NCBI GenBank assembly: GCA_045580125.1
Contig: JAZNNE010000022.1
Location: 30 to 64,029, forward strand
From: Faecousia sp.
GTDB taxonomy: Bacteria; Bacillota; Clostridia; Oscillospirales; Oscillospiraceae
Direction of reading: 5' to 3'
Length of the DNA stretch: 64,000 nt
Part shown: positions 19,677-28,582 of the stretch, piece after piece
Position numbering within the stretch: position 1 is the stretch's first letter
Layout of the letters: each line of letters opens with the position of its first letter
Translations under genes and position numbers: made by a program
Notes under the pieces: generated by a model
Told to the model about the DNA's origin: nothing
Database searches by the model: none
What the model saw: only the letters and a program-made list of their open reading frames with translations

Positions 19677-19705
19677 TTGACACACGGTTTAAATTATGAT
19701 ACATT
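19677..19705 (+). promoter_or_regulatory. sigmaA-type promoter for the divergent GT-B gene
   Basis: TTGACA-17 bp-TACATT with TG extension. Confidence 0.65.
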
Positions 19706-19753
19706 TTTGTTGAAAGATTACAGACATCATTGCCGCAGTAATTTGGAGTATTT

Positions 19754-20920
19754 ATGAAAAATTTATTTCTTTATTTAAACTCTCTATTCCCATCTTTGGA
19801 TCACAATGCGCATCTTGTTTTAAAGCTTGTACCGTACTTAGATTGCAACAGCTATGCCATCGCTTTTGACGACTCCTGTGATGGACAGGCACTTCCTCGC
19901 ACAATTATGAATACTCCCGCATTCTTTATTAAAGAGCGTAATTTCATCAGCAAACTGCTGCGACGCAGCCTGCGCTTTATCCTAGGAAAAGAGCGCGGTG
20001 CCAACTATCTGACCTTTTTTCAATTCTACTTGCAAACTTTACTCCTGCGGATCAAGCGCAAGCCTCACGCGGTGCTTTCCACCTTCCATCGGTATCGTCC
20101 GCCAATGATGGGAGCTGCCGCGGGAAAATCAACCGTAAAGGCCCTTTATTTAATGGATCCTACAGAAGCAATGTGGATGCCCGGTAAGACATCCGCAGAC
20201 GAAGCCGGCTGGTTCTTGTCGGTGTTGAAAAGGCACGACGTTATATTCACAACAAAATTTATTCACGAGGCAATGCTTTCCCGCGGCTACGGGGATTACA
20301 CCAAAAAAATTGTCGATGTTTCATTTCCCATGATCACAGATTTCCCATATCGCCCCAATGTGCAGCAAGATGATAAAATCACGCTGCTTTTCGCCGGAAC
20401 TATATATTCCGATATTCGTTCTCCGGAATATTTTCTCAAACTAGTGTCAAAACTCGACGAGCGTTTTCGTGTTCTGTTCATCGGATATAATACCAAGAGT
20501 ACAAAAAGTATGGTTTTCCCGGAAACAAAAGCCGAAATAATTACAAAACCTCCCGTCCCTTATGACGAAATACTGCAGGAAATGGCAAACGCAGATATCC
20601 TGATAAACATCGGCAATTCAATACCCGTACATCTTCCTTCCAAAACATTGGAATATATTAACACCGGTAAGCCCTTTGTTAATTTCTATAAATTTGATGA
20701 ATGCCCTACTCTCTCTTTTGCTGAAAAATATCCCCTCTGCCTAAACATAAGTGAGGAAAACGATGATATTGATTTGGCCACAGAACAGTTTATCGCATTC
20801 TGTATCCGTTCAAAGGGCAAACAGCTTGATCGCAGTTTTCTAAAAGATGTATTCTGCGAATCAACCCCACAAACCATTGCCGCCACCATTTCAAACGAGC
20901 TTTTTGCCGATCGACACTAA
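19754..20920 (+). CDS. Divergent GT-B fold glycosyltransferase (GT4-like)
   Basis: LLFAGTIYSDIR, ADILINIGN...PSKTLEYINTGKP C-terminal Rossmann motif. Confidence 0.7.
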   Translation: MKNLFLYLNSLFPSLDHNAHLVLKLVPYLDCNSYAIAFDDSCDGQALPRTIMNTPAFFIKERNFISKLLRRSLRFILGKERGANYLTFFQFYLQTLLLRIKRKPHAVLSTFHRYRPPMMGAAAGKSTVKALYLMDPTEAMWMPGKTSADEAGWFLSVLKRHDVIFTTKFIHEAMLSRGYGDYTKKIVDVSFPMITDFPYRPNVQQDDKITLLFAGTIYSDIRSPEYFLKLVSKLDERFRVLFIGYNTKSTKSMVFPETKAEIITKPPVPYDEILQEMANADILINIGNSIPVHLPSKTLEYINTGKPFVNFYKFDECPTLSFAEKYPLCLNISEENDDIDLATEQFIAFCIRSKGKQLDRSFLKDVFCESTPQTIAATISNELFADRH

Positions 20921-20967
20921 CACATCGTTTCTTTCGTATTGCTTTTTGCCAATGCCATACGCAAAGC

Positions 20968-21008
20968 AAAACAGTCCCGGATCTTGATATAAGATCCGGG
21001 ACTGTTTT
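20968..21008. terminator. Bidirectional rho-independent terminator
   Basis: AAAACAGTCCCGGATCTT-gatat-AAGATCCGGGACTGTTTT between convergent genes. Confidence 0.88.
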
Positions 21009-21045
21009 AGGTTAATCGGTATGGAAAACCACCGTTATAGACTGA

Positions 21046-22056
21046 TCAATTATGTCTTTTGAAAGGTTTCTTTACCATCTTAGATATATAATTCAAAACC
21101 ACGCTACTGGCAACAGTTGCCGCTAATGCTGCCACAATGCCGACCACTATATTGGGTGATGCCCAAATCAGTGAAGTGTTATAGCCGATGAACATACAAT
21201 GCGTCAAATAAATTTCGTAGGAGTATTTGTCAGACAGCTTTAATACGACACCTTGCTTCTGAATTCGTGCAAATCCTCTATACAGCCAATAGAACAGTGT
21301 AAAGCCAACCATTGTCTGCACATAGACAAACATCAGCTCTGCCACTGCTTCTGGAATGCCAATGTTGGGAGTGTACCGAATCCAAGCTACAGCTGCAATT
21401 GCAACAATTGACAATGCAGAAAATACATACATCGTCGGCTTGATCTTGTTGTCTGTAATGCTGTATCTTTTGAACACAAAATACGGCAGATAAAACCGCA
21501 GTAATATTCCTATGCTGAGCAGCGTAATTCCTGTTAATCTTTCGACTGCCATCGTGATTCCCTGCAGCACCACTACACAGCCAGCCATAATTGCCCAAAA
21601 CGCAAATCCCGAGCCCTTCTTGCAGTTGATTTTTTGCACCAGCGGAACGGTCAGGTAGAAGAACAGCAGATATGTAATAAACCAAAGCTGCACGAACATA
21701 AACGGATTCTTGGCATATACTTCCAAACCGATGCAGGACAACACCGATCCCCAAATTATCTCTGCGTTCAGCTTTCCCATGGCCCCAAACACGCCCAAAA
21801 CAGTCGCGCCTACCAGTATGCTGGGGATAACAATTTCCAAGAACCTATGCAAATACCATCTGAATATATTCGTGATTTCTCTTTGCGAATACAGAAAAGC
21901 GGATATGCAGAAAAACATAACCAATCCCAGGTTCAACCAGTCTGTAATGATGCGAATTGGCGTGTAAATTCTTTCGATCTGCTGCGTAATATGTAAAATT
22001 ACCACAGCCGCAGTGCATATCAATCTGATTGCGGATATTCTCACATCTCGCTTCAT
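21046..22056 (-). CDS. Acyltransferase-3 family membrane O-acyltransferase
   Basis: IRLICTAAVVILH, FFCISAFL, LWFITYLLFFYL, SYEIYLTH; about 10 TM segments; start moved to 22056. Confidence 0.85.
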   Translation of the reverse strand: MKRDVRISAIRLICTAAVVILHITQQIERIYTPIRIITDWLNLGLVMFFCISAFLYSQREITNIFRWYLHRFLEIVIPSILVGATVLGVFGAMGKLNAEIIWGSVLSCIGLEVYAKNPFMFVQLWFITYLLFFYLTVPLVQKINCKKGSGFAFWAIMAGCVVVLQGITMAVERLTGITLLSIGILLRFYLPYFVFKRYSITDNKIKPTMYVFSALSIVAIAAVAWIRYTPNIGIPEAVAELMFVYVQTMVGFTLFYWLYRGFARIQKQGVVLKLSDKYSYEIYLTHCMFIGYNTSLIWASPNIVVGIVAALAATVASSVVLNYISKMVKKPFKRHN

Positions 22057-22148
22057 ACACATTCCCCCCGGCAGTCTCAGTATAATAAGCTTATCACGTT
22101 TTGTGCTCATTTGCAACAATCTGTTCAACTCCAACGTAATACATCCGC

Positions 22149-22199
22149 AAAAATAAGCGTTGCGTAATGGATTTGTCCAAAACGCAACGCTTGATTTTC
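22149..22199 (-). terminator. Probable terminator hairpin
   Basis: AAAATAAGCGTTGCGT...ACGCAACGCTTGATTTT inverted repeat downstream of the 22262-22660 gene. Confidence 0.55.
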
Positions 22200-22261
22200 T
22201 GTTGCAGTGCTGCTACTGCCGAGGCAACGGTGCACCTATGCTTTTTCAGCATTTTCAACGC

Positions 22262-22660
22262 TTAATAATAACGGTAAGAAGCAGAGCTGCCGCTTGCAAG
22301 GCTGATGCCCAGCACCACAGCGATCAGTACATAAACCAGCACGATAGCTGCCACGATGAGCAGGGCGCACCAGTAGGAGCGGGCAAAGTTTCTGCGGTTG
22401 ATGTTCGCGCCGCTGCAGCTGAACACGATGAGGAAAACAAAACCGACAATAGGAACGCTGAACAGCAACTGCAGACCAAAGTATGCCCAGGGGCTCAGCG
22501 GACGGTTTTCCGGCGGGATCTCATACTTAACAGTCGGCGCTGCCTGAACAATATTCTGAACGGGCGCAGGGGCAACAAAGCTGGGTGCAGAAGATGTACC
22601 GCAGTTGGGGCATACCACCGCATTTTCGTCCATCTCAGTTCCGCAATTTTTACAAAACAT
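22262..22660 (-). CDS. Zinc-ribbon membrane protein
   Basis: MFCKNCGTEMDENAVVCPNCG, Pro-rich linker, two or three C-terminal TM helices; true start 22660. Confidence 0.85.
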   Translation of the reverse strand: MFCKNCGTEMDENAVVCPNCGTSSAPSFVAPAPVQNIVQAAPTVKYEIPPENRPLSPWAYFGLQLLFSVPIVGFVFLIVFSCSGANINRRNFARSYWCALLIVAAIVLVYVLIAVVLGISLASGSSASYRYY

Positions 22661-22699
22661 ATTTTTTACCTCTCTTTCATATTGGGATCGGCTGTTTTT

Positions 22700-22728
22700 A
22701 TTATACCAACCCCTGGTAGATTTTGCAA
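22700..22728 (-). promoter_or_regulatory. sigmaA promoter (leftward)
   Basis: TTGCAA-17 bp-TATAAT with TGG extension. Confidence 0.8.
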
Positions 22729-22770
22729 CATTAAATATTCCTTTTGCTACTGTTTTCCTTAGAAAAACAC

Positions 22771-22799
22771 TTGCGAACAGCCAAAATCTATGGTACAAT
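22771..22799 (+). promoter_or_regulatory. sigmaA promoter (rightward)
   Basis: TTGCGA-17 bp-TACAAT with TGG extension. Confidence 0.8.
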
Positions 22800-22832
22800 G
22801 TTAGCAACCAAACATATAAGGAGGATTCTCTT

Positions 22833-23354
22833 ATGTCTTTTTGTTCTAACTGCGGCAAATCCCTGACCGAAACCGATAAGTTCTGCAAGTACTGCGGCAC
22901 TGCAGCTCCCGCAACGGCCGAGCCCGTAACTCCCGTGGCTCCTGCTCCGCAGCCGACTCCCGTAACCCCCGTGACTCCCGTAGCGCAGCCCGCCCCTACC
23001 GCTGTGCAGACTGCTCCCGTTTACACTGTACCCAGCTGCTCCAAGAAGGCTAAGGCTCTGGGCTTTGTTGGTATGGGTCTGGGTATCGGCGGTCTGGTTT
23101 TTGCAGTTCTGGGCATTCTGTACACCTTCATCGGCTTGGCAGTGGACGAGATTCTTGGCTTTACCTATGCCTTTGTTTTTGGCATTTTCTCTATGCCCCT
23201 GAGCATTGTTGGCAAGATCCTGAGCGGCAACAGCCAGGATGCGGGCAATTGCTCCGCACCTCCCTCCGTCGGCTCCAAGCTGGGCCTCGCAGGCATCATC
23301 GTTACCGCTGTAATGCTGTTCATCGGCTTTATCTGCCTGGTTTCTATCGCTTAA
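22833..23354 (+). CDS. Zinc-ribbon membrane protein
   Basis: MSFCSNCGKSLTETDKFCKYCG, PVTPV-rich linker, three TM helices; AAGGAGG RBS before ATG 22833. Confidence 0.85.
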   Translation: MSFCSNCGKSLTETDKFCKYCGTAAPATAEPVTPVAPAPQPTPVTPVTPVAQPAPTAVQTAPVYTVPSCSKKAKALGFVGMGLGIGGLVFAVLGILYTFIGLAVDEILGFTYAFVFGIFSMPLSIVGKILSGNSQDAGNCSAPPSVGSKLGLAGIIVTAVMLFIGFICLVSIA

Positions 23355-23374
23355 TACGTACTGTTCCAAATTCG

Positions 23375-23407
23375 TTTCCGCCGGTCTGCTGCCGGCGGAA
23401 ACTGTTT
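23375..23407 (+). terminator. Probable terminator hairpin
   Basis: TTTCCGCCGG-tctgctg-CCGGCGGAAA followed by ACTGTTT. Confidence 0.55.
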
Positions 23408-23425
23408 ATGATGTGAGGAAGCAAT

Positions 23426-25345
23426 ATGGACAGAGAGATCAAAAACATCATGCGCTGCAACCAGCAGCTGCTGGAAAGCTCGCCAAAAGATCTGAAATCG
23501 CTTTTCAATATCATATTCCGTTCGCCCGATTGCGTCTTGTGCGAAACCAACGACGGCTTTCGCATTCATACGCAAACCTACGGTCAGATCCATAGCCGGA
23601 TCTGTACCGCAGCAAATGCTCTGTATGCCAAGCTCGGCGCCACCCACAGCTACATCGCTCTGGAGATGGAAAACTCTCCGGACTGGATCGTAGCTTTTTG
23701 GGCTATTTTGATGAGCGGCAACAAGCCCTACCTGGTCAACACCCGCTATCCCGCGCACCTGAGCAACAGCATTCTCGGCACCCTGCAGGTGGAATACATT
23801 CTCTGCACCAAAGATACGCAGCTTTCCGGTCAGGCTATCCCTCTGTCCCAGCTGGCAGGAGATTTTCCCTGCGTCCCGGAGGATGTTTTTGAAAACGAAC
23901 TGGCTTTCTCCTCCTCTGCTACCTCTATGAAAGAGGTCATTTGCTTCTATACCGGTTTGCAAATTTCCGAGCAGGTCCTGAATTTCCCGCAAATCGTCAA
24001 AGAAAATCCCCAAATCGTCGCCCATTACAAGGGCAAGCTGAAGCAGCTGGCATTTCTGCCTTTTTACCACGTATTCGGTCTGTTTGCCGTATTTTTCTGG
24101 TTTACATCCCTTGGACGAACATTGGTTTTCCTGCCCGATTACAGTGCAGATTCCATTTTGAAAACCTGCCGACGTCATAAAGTTACCCATATCTTTGCAG
24201 TGCCCGCCCTTTGGCACACGGTTGAAAAGCAGCTTTCCTCCGAAGTCGCCAAGCTGGGCGACAAAAAACAGGCACAGCTGCAAAAATCCCTTGCATTTTT
24301 TACAACGCTTCAAAATCTTTTCCCCCGCTTGGGCGCTAAGTTGGCAAAGCGTTCCTTGCGGCAGATCACCGACAAGCTGTTCGGTCAGTCCGTTCTGTTT
24401 TGCATCAACGGTGGCAGCTATCTGCGGGACTCTGCGATGGCGCTGCTCAACGGCATCGGCTATAACCTGCACAACGGCTACGGTATGAGTGAAATCGGCA
24501 TAACCTCGGTGGAGCTGCGGCATCGTCCCAAGCACCGGAATCTGAATTCCATCGGTCACCCCTTCTCTGCGGTAGAATACCGCTTGGATGAAAACGGCAT
24601 TTTGCAGGTCAGAGGCGGAACCGTATGCACGAAAAAGCTGGTAAACGGCAGCAGCGTACAGCTGGACGACTGGTTCCACACCGGCGACCAGATGAAGTGC
24701 GTGGACGGTCATTACTACATTCTCGGTCGGCAAAGCGATGTCGTGATCGGTGAAAGCGGCGAGAACATCAATCCGGATATGATCGAAAAAGCATTTATTG
24801 TCCACGATGTTACGCAGCTATGTGTTCTGGGTCTGCCCGGTGAAAACGGTCAGGAGCTCTCGCTGGTGGCTCAAATCAGCCCCTACACCACCGGGAACCG
24901 CATTGAGCAGATCAAAAAGCGCATCTACCAAATCAACGAAACCTTCCCGCTTGCCATTGGCATCAAGCACTTCTATTTCACATACGACGAACTGGCATCT
25001 GCATCCGCCATCAAGGTCAGCAGAACGCAGTTGCTTCAAAAAATCGAGAATGCCCAGGTAAATCTGACTGCATTCCATCAATTCAAGCCCCGGGAAGCCC
25101 AGCAGGGCGAACAGTCCGCGCTGTTCCTGGCAGTTCGGAAGATTATCGCGCAGGTTTTGGTTGTCGACGAAGCGGATATTCTCGACGACACCCACATTTT
25201 CCACGATCTGGGCGCGACCAGCATCCAGTATTTTTCCATCCTTTCCGCATTGGCAGAGCAATTTTCCGTCTCCGCCTTTGACAGCAGCGATACCTATTGC
25301 TATACCCCCAGGGAAATCTGTGAATATTTAGAGAGAAAATTGTGA
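23426..25345 (+). CDS. AMP-binding (acyl-adenylate-forming) enzyme fused to a C-terminal carrier (ACP/T) domain
   Basis: FLPFYHVFG, NGYGMSE, WFHTGD, ILGRQSD..GENINP, IKVSR; C-terminal HDLGATS phosphopantetheine Ser motif. Confidence 0.88.
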   Translation: MDREIKNIMRCNQQLLESSPKDLKSLFNIIFRSPDCVLCETNDGFRIHTQTYGQIHSRICTAANALYAKLGATHSYIALEMENSPDWIVAFWAILMSGNKPYLVNTRYPAHLSNSILGTLQVEYILCTKDTQLSGQAIPLSQLAGDFPCVPEDVFENELAFSSSATSMKEVICFYTGLQISEQVLNFPQIVKENPQIVAHYKGKLKQLAFLPFYHVFGLFAVFFWFTSLGRTLVFLPDYSADSILKTCRRHKVTHIFAVPALWHTVEKQLSSEVAKLGDKKQAQLQKSLAFFTTLQNLFPRLGAKLAKRSLRQITDKLFGQSVLFCINGGSYLRDSAMALLNGIGYNLHNGYGMSEIGITSVELRHRPKHRNLNSIGHPFSAVEYRLDENGILQVRGGTVCTKKLVNGSSVQLDDWFHTGDQMKCVDGHYYILGRQSDVVIGESGENINPDMIEKAFIVHDVTQLCVLGLPGENGQELSLVAQISPYTTGNRIEQIKKRIYQINETFPLAIGIKHFYFTYDELASASAIKVSRTQLLQKIENAQVNLTAFHQFKPREAQQGEQSALFLAVRKIIAQVLVVDEADILDDTHIFHDLGATSIQYFSILSALAEQFSVSAFDSSDTYCYTPREICEYLERKL

Positions 25346-25346
25346 T

Positions 25347-25976
25347 ATGAACGAAAACATTTGGCTTGTCCGATTCTGCCTCGGCTTTGTAAAGCTTACC
25401 GGTCTTTTCCCGGCATGGCTGTATCTGAAGCCCCGGATCCGTCTTGCTTCCGGTGCAAAACGCCGGTTGCCCAAATCCTGCATTTTGGTCAGTAACCATA
25501 TCAGCCTGATGGATTTTGTGGTGTACCTGCTGGTATTTCCCTCCCGCACCATTCGGTTTTTGATCGCAGAGGTGCTGTATAACCGCGGCAAGCTCTTTGC
25601 GCGGTTTCTGAACCTGATCGGCGGCATTCGGGTGGATCGGGACGCCAAAAACTTCGACTTCGTTTCCCATTCCCTGACCGTGCTGGACAACGGTGGCGCC
25701 ATCGGCGTATTCCCCCAGGGTCGCCTGCCTGTCAAAGGACAGCATTTCCCCTTTACTGCCAGCACCGCATTTATCGCCCTGCGCACCGATGCGCCCATCA
25801 TTCCGGTATACACCGACGGCAATTACGGTCTTACCAAGCGTGCCGGCGTTGTTATCGGCGCCCCCCTCTATCTGCATGAGCATTGCTTGGACAACGTCAG
25901 CGAACAGGAACAGCTGACCCATCTGACAAAACTGCTGGAAGAGAAAGTTTACGCACTGAAAGAGGAACTGAACTGA
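25347..25976 (+). CDS. plsC: PlsC-type lysophospholipid acyltransferase
   Basis: SNHISLMD (HX4D), VFPQG, APIIPV. Confidence 0.85.
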   Translation: MNENIWLVRFCLGFVKLTGLFPAWLYLKPRIRLASGAKRRLPKSCILVSNHISLMDFVVYLLVFPSRTIRFLIAEVLYNRGKLFARFLNLIGGIRVDRDAKNFDFVSHSLTVLDNGGAIGVFPQGRLPVKGQHFPFTASTAFIALRTDAPIIPVYTDGNYGLTKRAGVVIGAPLYLHEHCLDNVSEQEQLTHLTKLLEEKVYALKEELN

Positions 25977-25978
25977 CT

Positions 25979-26617
25979 ATGGGCAAGACAAAGAAATTAT
26001 GCTTCCGCCACAATATGCCGGCTATGGATGCCGCGCGGCTTGTTTGTATGCCTTTGCTGCTGCTGTGGCGTATGAAGCGGCTGAATCCCGACGGCACAAA
26101 ATATACCGGCCGCATCCGCGGCGGTGCGATCGTTGCCGCCAATCACACCTCTTTTGCAGATCCCTTTCTTGTAGGTGTTGCCGTTTGGTACCGCCGGCTG
26201 TTTTTCCTTGCAGCCGAAGCAGTTATGGGAGGGAAACTGCGCACCTGGCTTCTTAAGGGCGTAGGCGCCATTAAGATCGACCGCAACTGCGCCGATATCG
26301 AAGCAATACGCAAATGCGTCAGCGTGCTGAAAAGCGGCTACCTGCTTTCCGTTTTTCCCCAAGGTGGCATCACCGGCGAGGATACGGTCTCGTCCATCAA
26401 ATCCGGCGCGATTCTGATGGCGCTGCAGGCGGGTGTTCCCATCGTACCGATGCACATCTGCCCTCCCAAGCACTGGTACAGCCGCCGGGTGGTCATTATC
26501 GGCAATACCGTCGATCCCAAAAATCATGTGGCAAACAAATTCCCCTCCACCAAGGACATCGAGAAGATCTCTCAGATCCTGATGGAGGAAATGAATCACT
26601 GTATGATATCTCAGTAA
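25979..26617 (+). CDS. plsC: PlsC-type lysophospholipid acyltransferase (second copy)
   Basis: ANHTSFAD, VFPQGG, IKSGAILMALQAGVPIVP; true start 25979. Confidence 0.85.
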   Translation: MGKTKKLCFRHNMPAMDAARLVCMPLLLLWRMKRLNPDGTKYTGRIRGGAIVAANHTSFADPFLVGVAVWYRRLFFLAAEAVMGGKLRTWLLKGVGAIKIDRNCADIEAIRKCVSVLKSGYLLSVFPQGGITGEDTVSSIKSGAILMALQAGVPIVPMHICPPKHWYSRRVVIIGNTVDPKNHVANKFPSTKDIEKISQILMEEMNHCMISQ

Positions 26618-26629
26618 GGAGCAAGCATT

Positions 26630-26872
26630 ATGCAAACACTGGAACGGTTGATCAAAGTCTTCAATGTTGTATTCGAAGACAGCATTGATATCAGCGCATT
26701 CAAGCCGGAAGCCTCTCTTCGTGAGGACCTTGGTATGAACTCCATCGGTCTTCTATATATGGCAATGGCCGTTGAAGAGGAATTCGGCATTAAGTTCAAT
26801 AACGACGATTTCGCTTCCATCTGCACTGTAGCAGATGTGGTTGCGTGCATCGAAAAGAAATGTCAGAGATAA
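26630..26872 (+). CDS. Stand-alone acyl carrier protein
   Basis: 80 aa, acidic, EDLGMNSIG motif, VEEEFGIKF, TVADV. Confidence 0.9.
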   Translation: MQTLERLIKVFNVVFEDSIDISAFKPEASLREDLGMNSIGLLYMAMAVEEEFGIKFNNDDFASICTVADVVACIEKKCQR

Positions 26873-27273
26873 GCTGGTCTGAAAAGACCCCTGTTTTCGG
26901 GGACATCGTCCGCACAAAGGTACAGTTTTATCATCACTACGGTATTTTTGTGTCTGAAAACGAGGTGATCCAGTTTGGTCTGCCGGACGATCCCTTTCGC
27001 CCCGCCTGCCAGATCCGTGTGATCAGCACAGACGTTATGACATTTCTGCAAGGCGGCGATCTGGAGGTCTTGACGCCCGATCGCAGCACCCGCAGTCAAA
27101 TGCGCAGTCCGGAGCAGATCGTATCCATCGCCCGCGGACGCCTTGGCGAAGACGGATATGATATTTTGCACAACAACTGCGAACACTTTGTAAATGACTG
27201 TGCCTTTGGAAAACCCCACTCCTCCTTTGTGCAGGACGTGCGGGAAAAACTGCGAAAAAAACTGGGAAAATAG
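26860..27273 (+). CDS. LRAT/PLAAT (permuted NlpC/P60) family acyltransferase or phospholipase
   Basis: N-terminal GDIV...YHHYGIF and C-terminal YDILHNNCEHF catalytic motifs. Confidence 0.85.
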   Translation: MSEISWSEKTPVFGDIVRTKVQFYHHYGIFVSENEVIQFGLPDDPFRPACQIRVISTDVMTFLQGGDLEVLTPDRSTRSQMRSPEQIVSIARGRLGEDGYDILHNNCEHFVNDCAFGKPHSSFVQDVREKLRKKLGK

Positions 27274-27284
27274 ACGTTTTCGTC

Positions 27285-27869
27285 TTATTCTCCCAGTATC
27301 TGTATGAAATAATCATCTACAACGCATAATTGCCGTTGTAGCGGCAGGATGTTGACTGCTTTCAAGTCGGTGATTCCGGTGCCGCATTTTTTGTAGTACG
27401 CCTCTTTGGCTGTCCAAATTTCAAAAAACCGCCGCAGGATGCTTTCATCGCAGCACAGCTGCTGCCAGGTTTCCTCCGCCCCTGCCGCCAGATATTCCAT
27501 CTCCTCCGGCACGCATACGTGCTTGCAAATGTTCAGTTTAATGGGTCGAATGCGCTCAATATCGATCCCCACCGGGGCATCGCTGATGGCGCACGCTACC
27601 ATTTGGTCGCAGTGGGATATGCTCACGTGCATTTCGCAGCCGGTGAGGTATGGCTGACCTTTGCTTGTGCAATGCAGCTTCGCAGAATCGGTATTCGCCT
27701 GCTTTTGCAGCAGTTCATAGACCAGACATTCCGCCGCCAAAGACCGTTTTCGGTCCTCTTCCCGGCGCAGGCGGTCGATACGCTCTTTTCTGGATGGCGA
27801 CAACTGCCGGTAAATGCATTGCAGCTGCGCCTCGGTATATTCTGTTATTTTACGGCAAGCCCAATGCAT
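27285..27869 (-). CDS. Sfp-type 4'-phosphopantetheinyl transferase
   Basis: KGQPYL, VSISH, VGIDIE, WTAKEAYYK..GTG. Confidence 0.93.
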   Translation of the reverse strand: MHWACRKITEYTEAQLQCIYRQLSPSRKERIDRLRREEDRKRSLAAECLVYELLQKQANTDSAKLHCTSKGQPYLTGCEMHVSISHCDQMVACAISDAPVGIDIERIRPIKLNICKHVCVPEEMEYLAAGAEETWQQLCCDESILRRFFEIWTAKEAYYKKCGTGITDLKAVNILPLQRQLCVVDDYFIQILGE

Positions 27870-27894
27870 TCTCTCACCCCAGTGCTAATTTTTG

Positions 27895-27923
27895 TTGAAA
27901 TCTGTTGACCGGTACCCTATAAT
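27895..27923 (+). promoter_or_regulatory. sigmaA promoter
   Basis: TTGAAA-17 bp-TATAAT upstream of the AGGAGG RBS of 27956. Confidence 0.7.
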
Positions 27924-27955
27924 GGTAATCATCTGAAACAAGGAGGCAATTGGAT

Positions 27956-28582
27956 ATGTGGATTGTATATTCCCTACTTGCGCTCCTGGCGATCATCATT
28001 ACCGTCATATTGGTATTGCCGGTAAAGGTGATCATAAAGAATGATAAGGATGACATTCTCATCCTGCGTTACCGGCTGCTTTTTAAAACCTACGGCGAAG
28101 ATCCGGACCCCAACGACCCCATTCTCAAGGCTCTGAAAAAAGCCGGCGGTATCGATCGGTTGGAAAAAGCCGCTGTGCAGCAAAACATCCAAACGGACGG
28201 TCTGCAGGAAACGATTACGGAAAGCTATTCCCTTTTGATCGACCTTTTGAAAGAACTGCTTTTCCTTCTAAAAAATTGTACGGTAACAAAGCTGGATATT
28301 CACATTCTCAGCGCCGGCGATGATCCTGCCCAGGCAGCCATCAACTACGGCATTTACCAGGCCGCGACCCACACGCTTCTGTCTGTGCTGGGTCAGTTCC
28401 TGAAAATCCGTAAGCGGGCCCGTAAAATCGACATTCGCTGCGATTTTAATGAGCCGGCTCCGGTCTTCCGCTATCACGTCGTCCTGGCAGTGCCCTTCGC
28501 CCGAGTGTTAGCCGCCTTCTGGCGTGCCACTATGGCAGAAGTCAAGCGCACCGCCGAGGAAACGAAAAATCAGCAAAAATGA
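27956..28582 (+). CDS. Membrane-anchored conserved hypothetical protein (DUF2953-like)
   Basis: N-terminal TM helix; DDPAQAAINYG and IDIRCDF segments resemble DUF2953 proteins (from memory). Confidence 0.6.
   Translation: MWIVYSLLALLAIIITVILVLPVKVIIKNDKDDILILRYRLLFKTYGEDPDPNDPILKALKKAGGIDRLEKAAVQQNIQTDGLQETITESYSLLIDLLKELLFLLKNCTVTKLDIHILSAGDDPAQAAINYGIYQAATHTLLSVLGQFLKIRKRARKIDIRCDFNEPAPVFRYHVVLAVPFARVLAAFWRATMAEVKRTAEETKNQQK

Noticed and set aside
23351-24805. 484-aa minus-strand ORF
   Set aside because: Antisense shadow of the AMP-binding enzyme.
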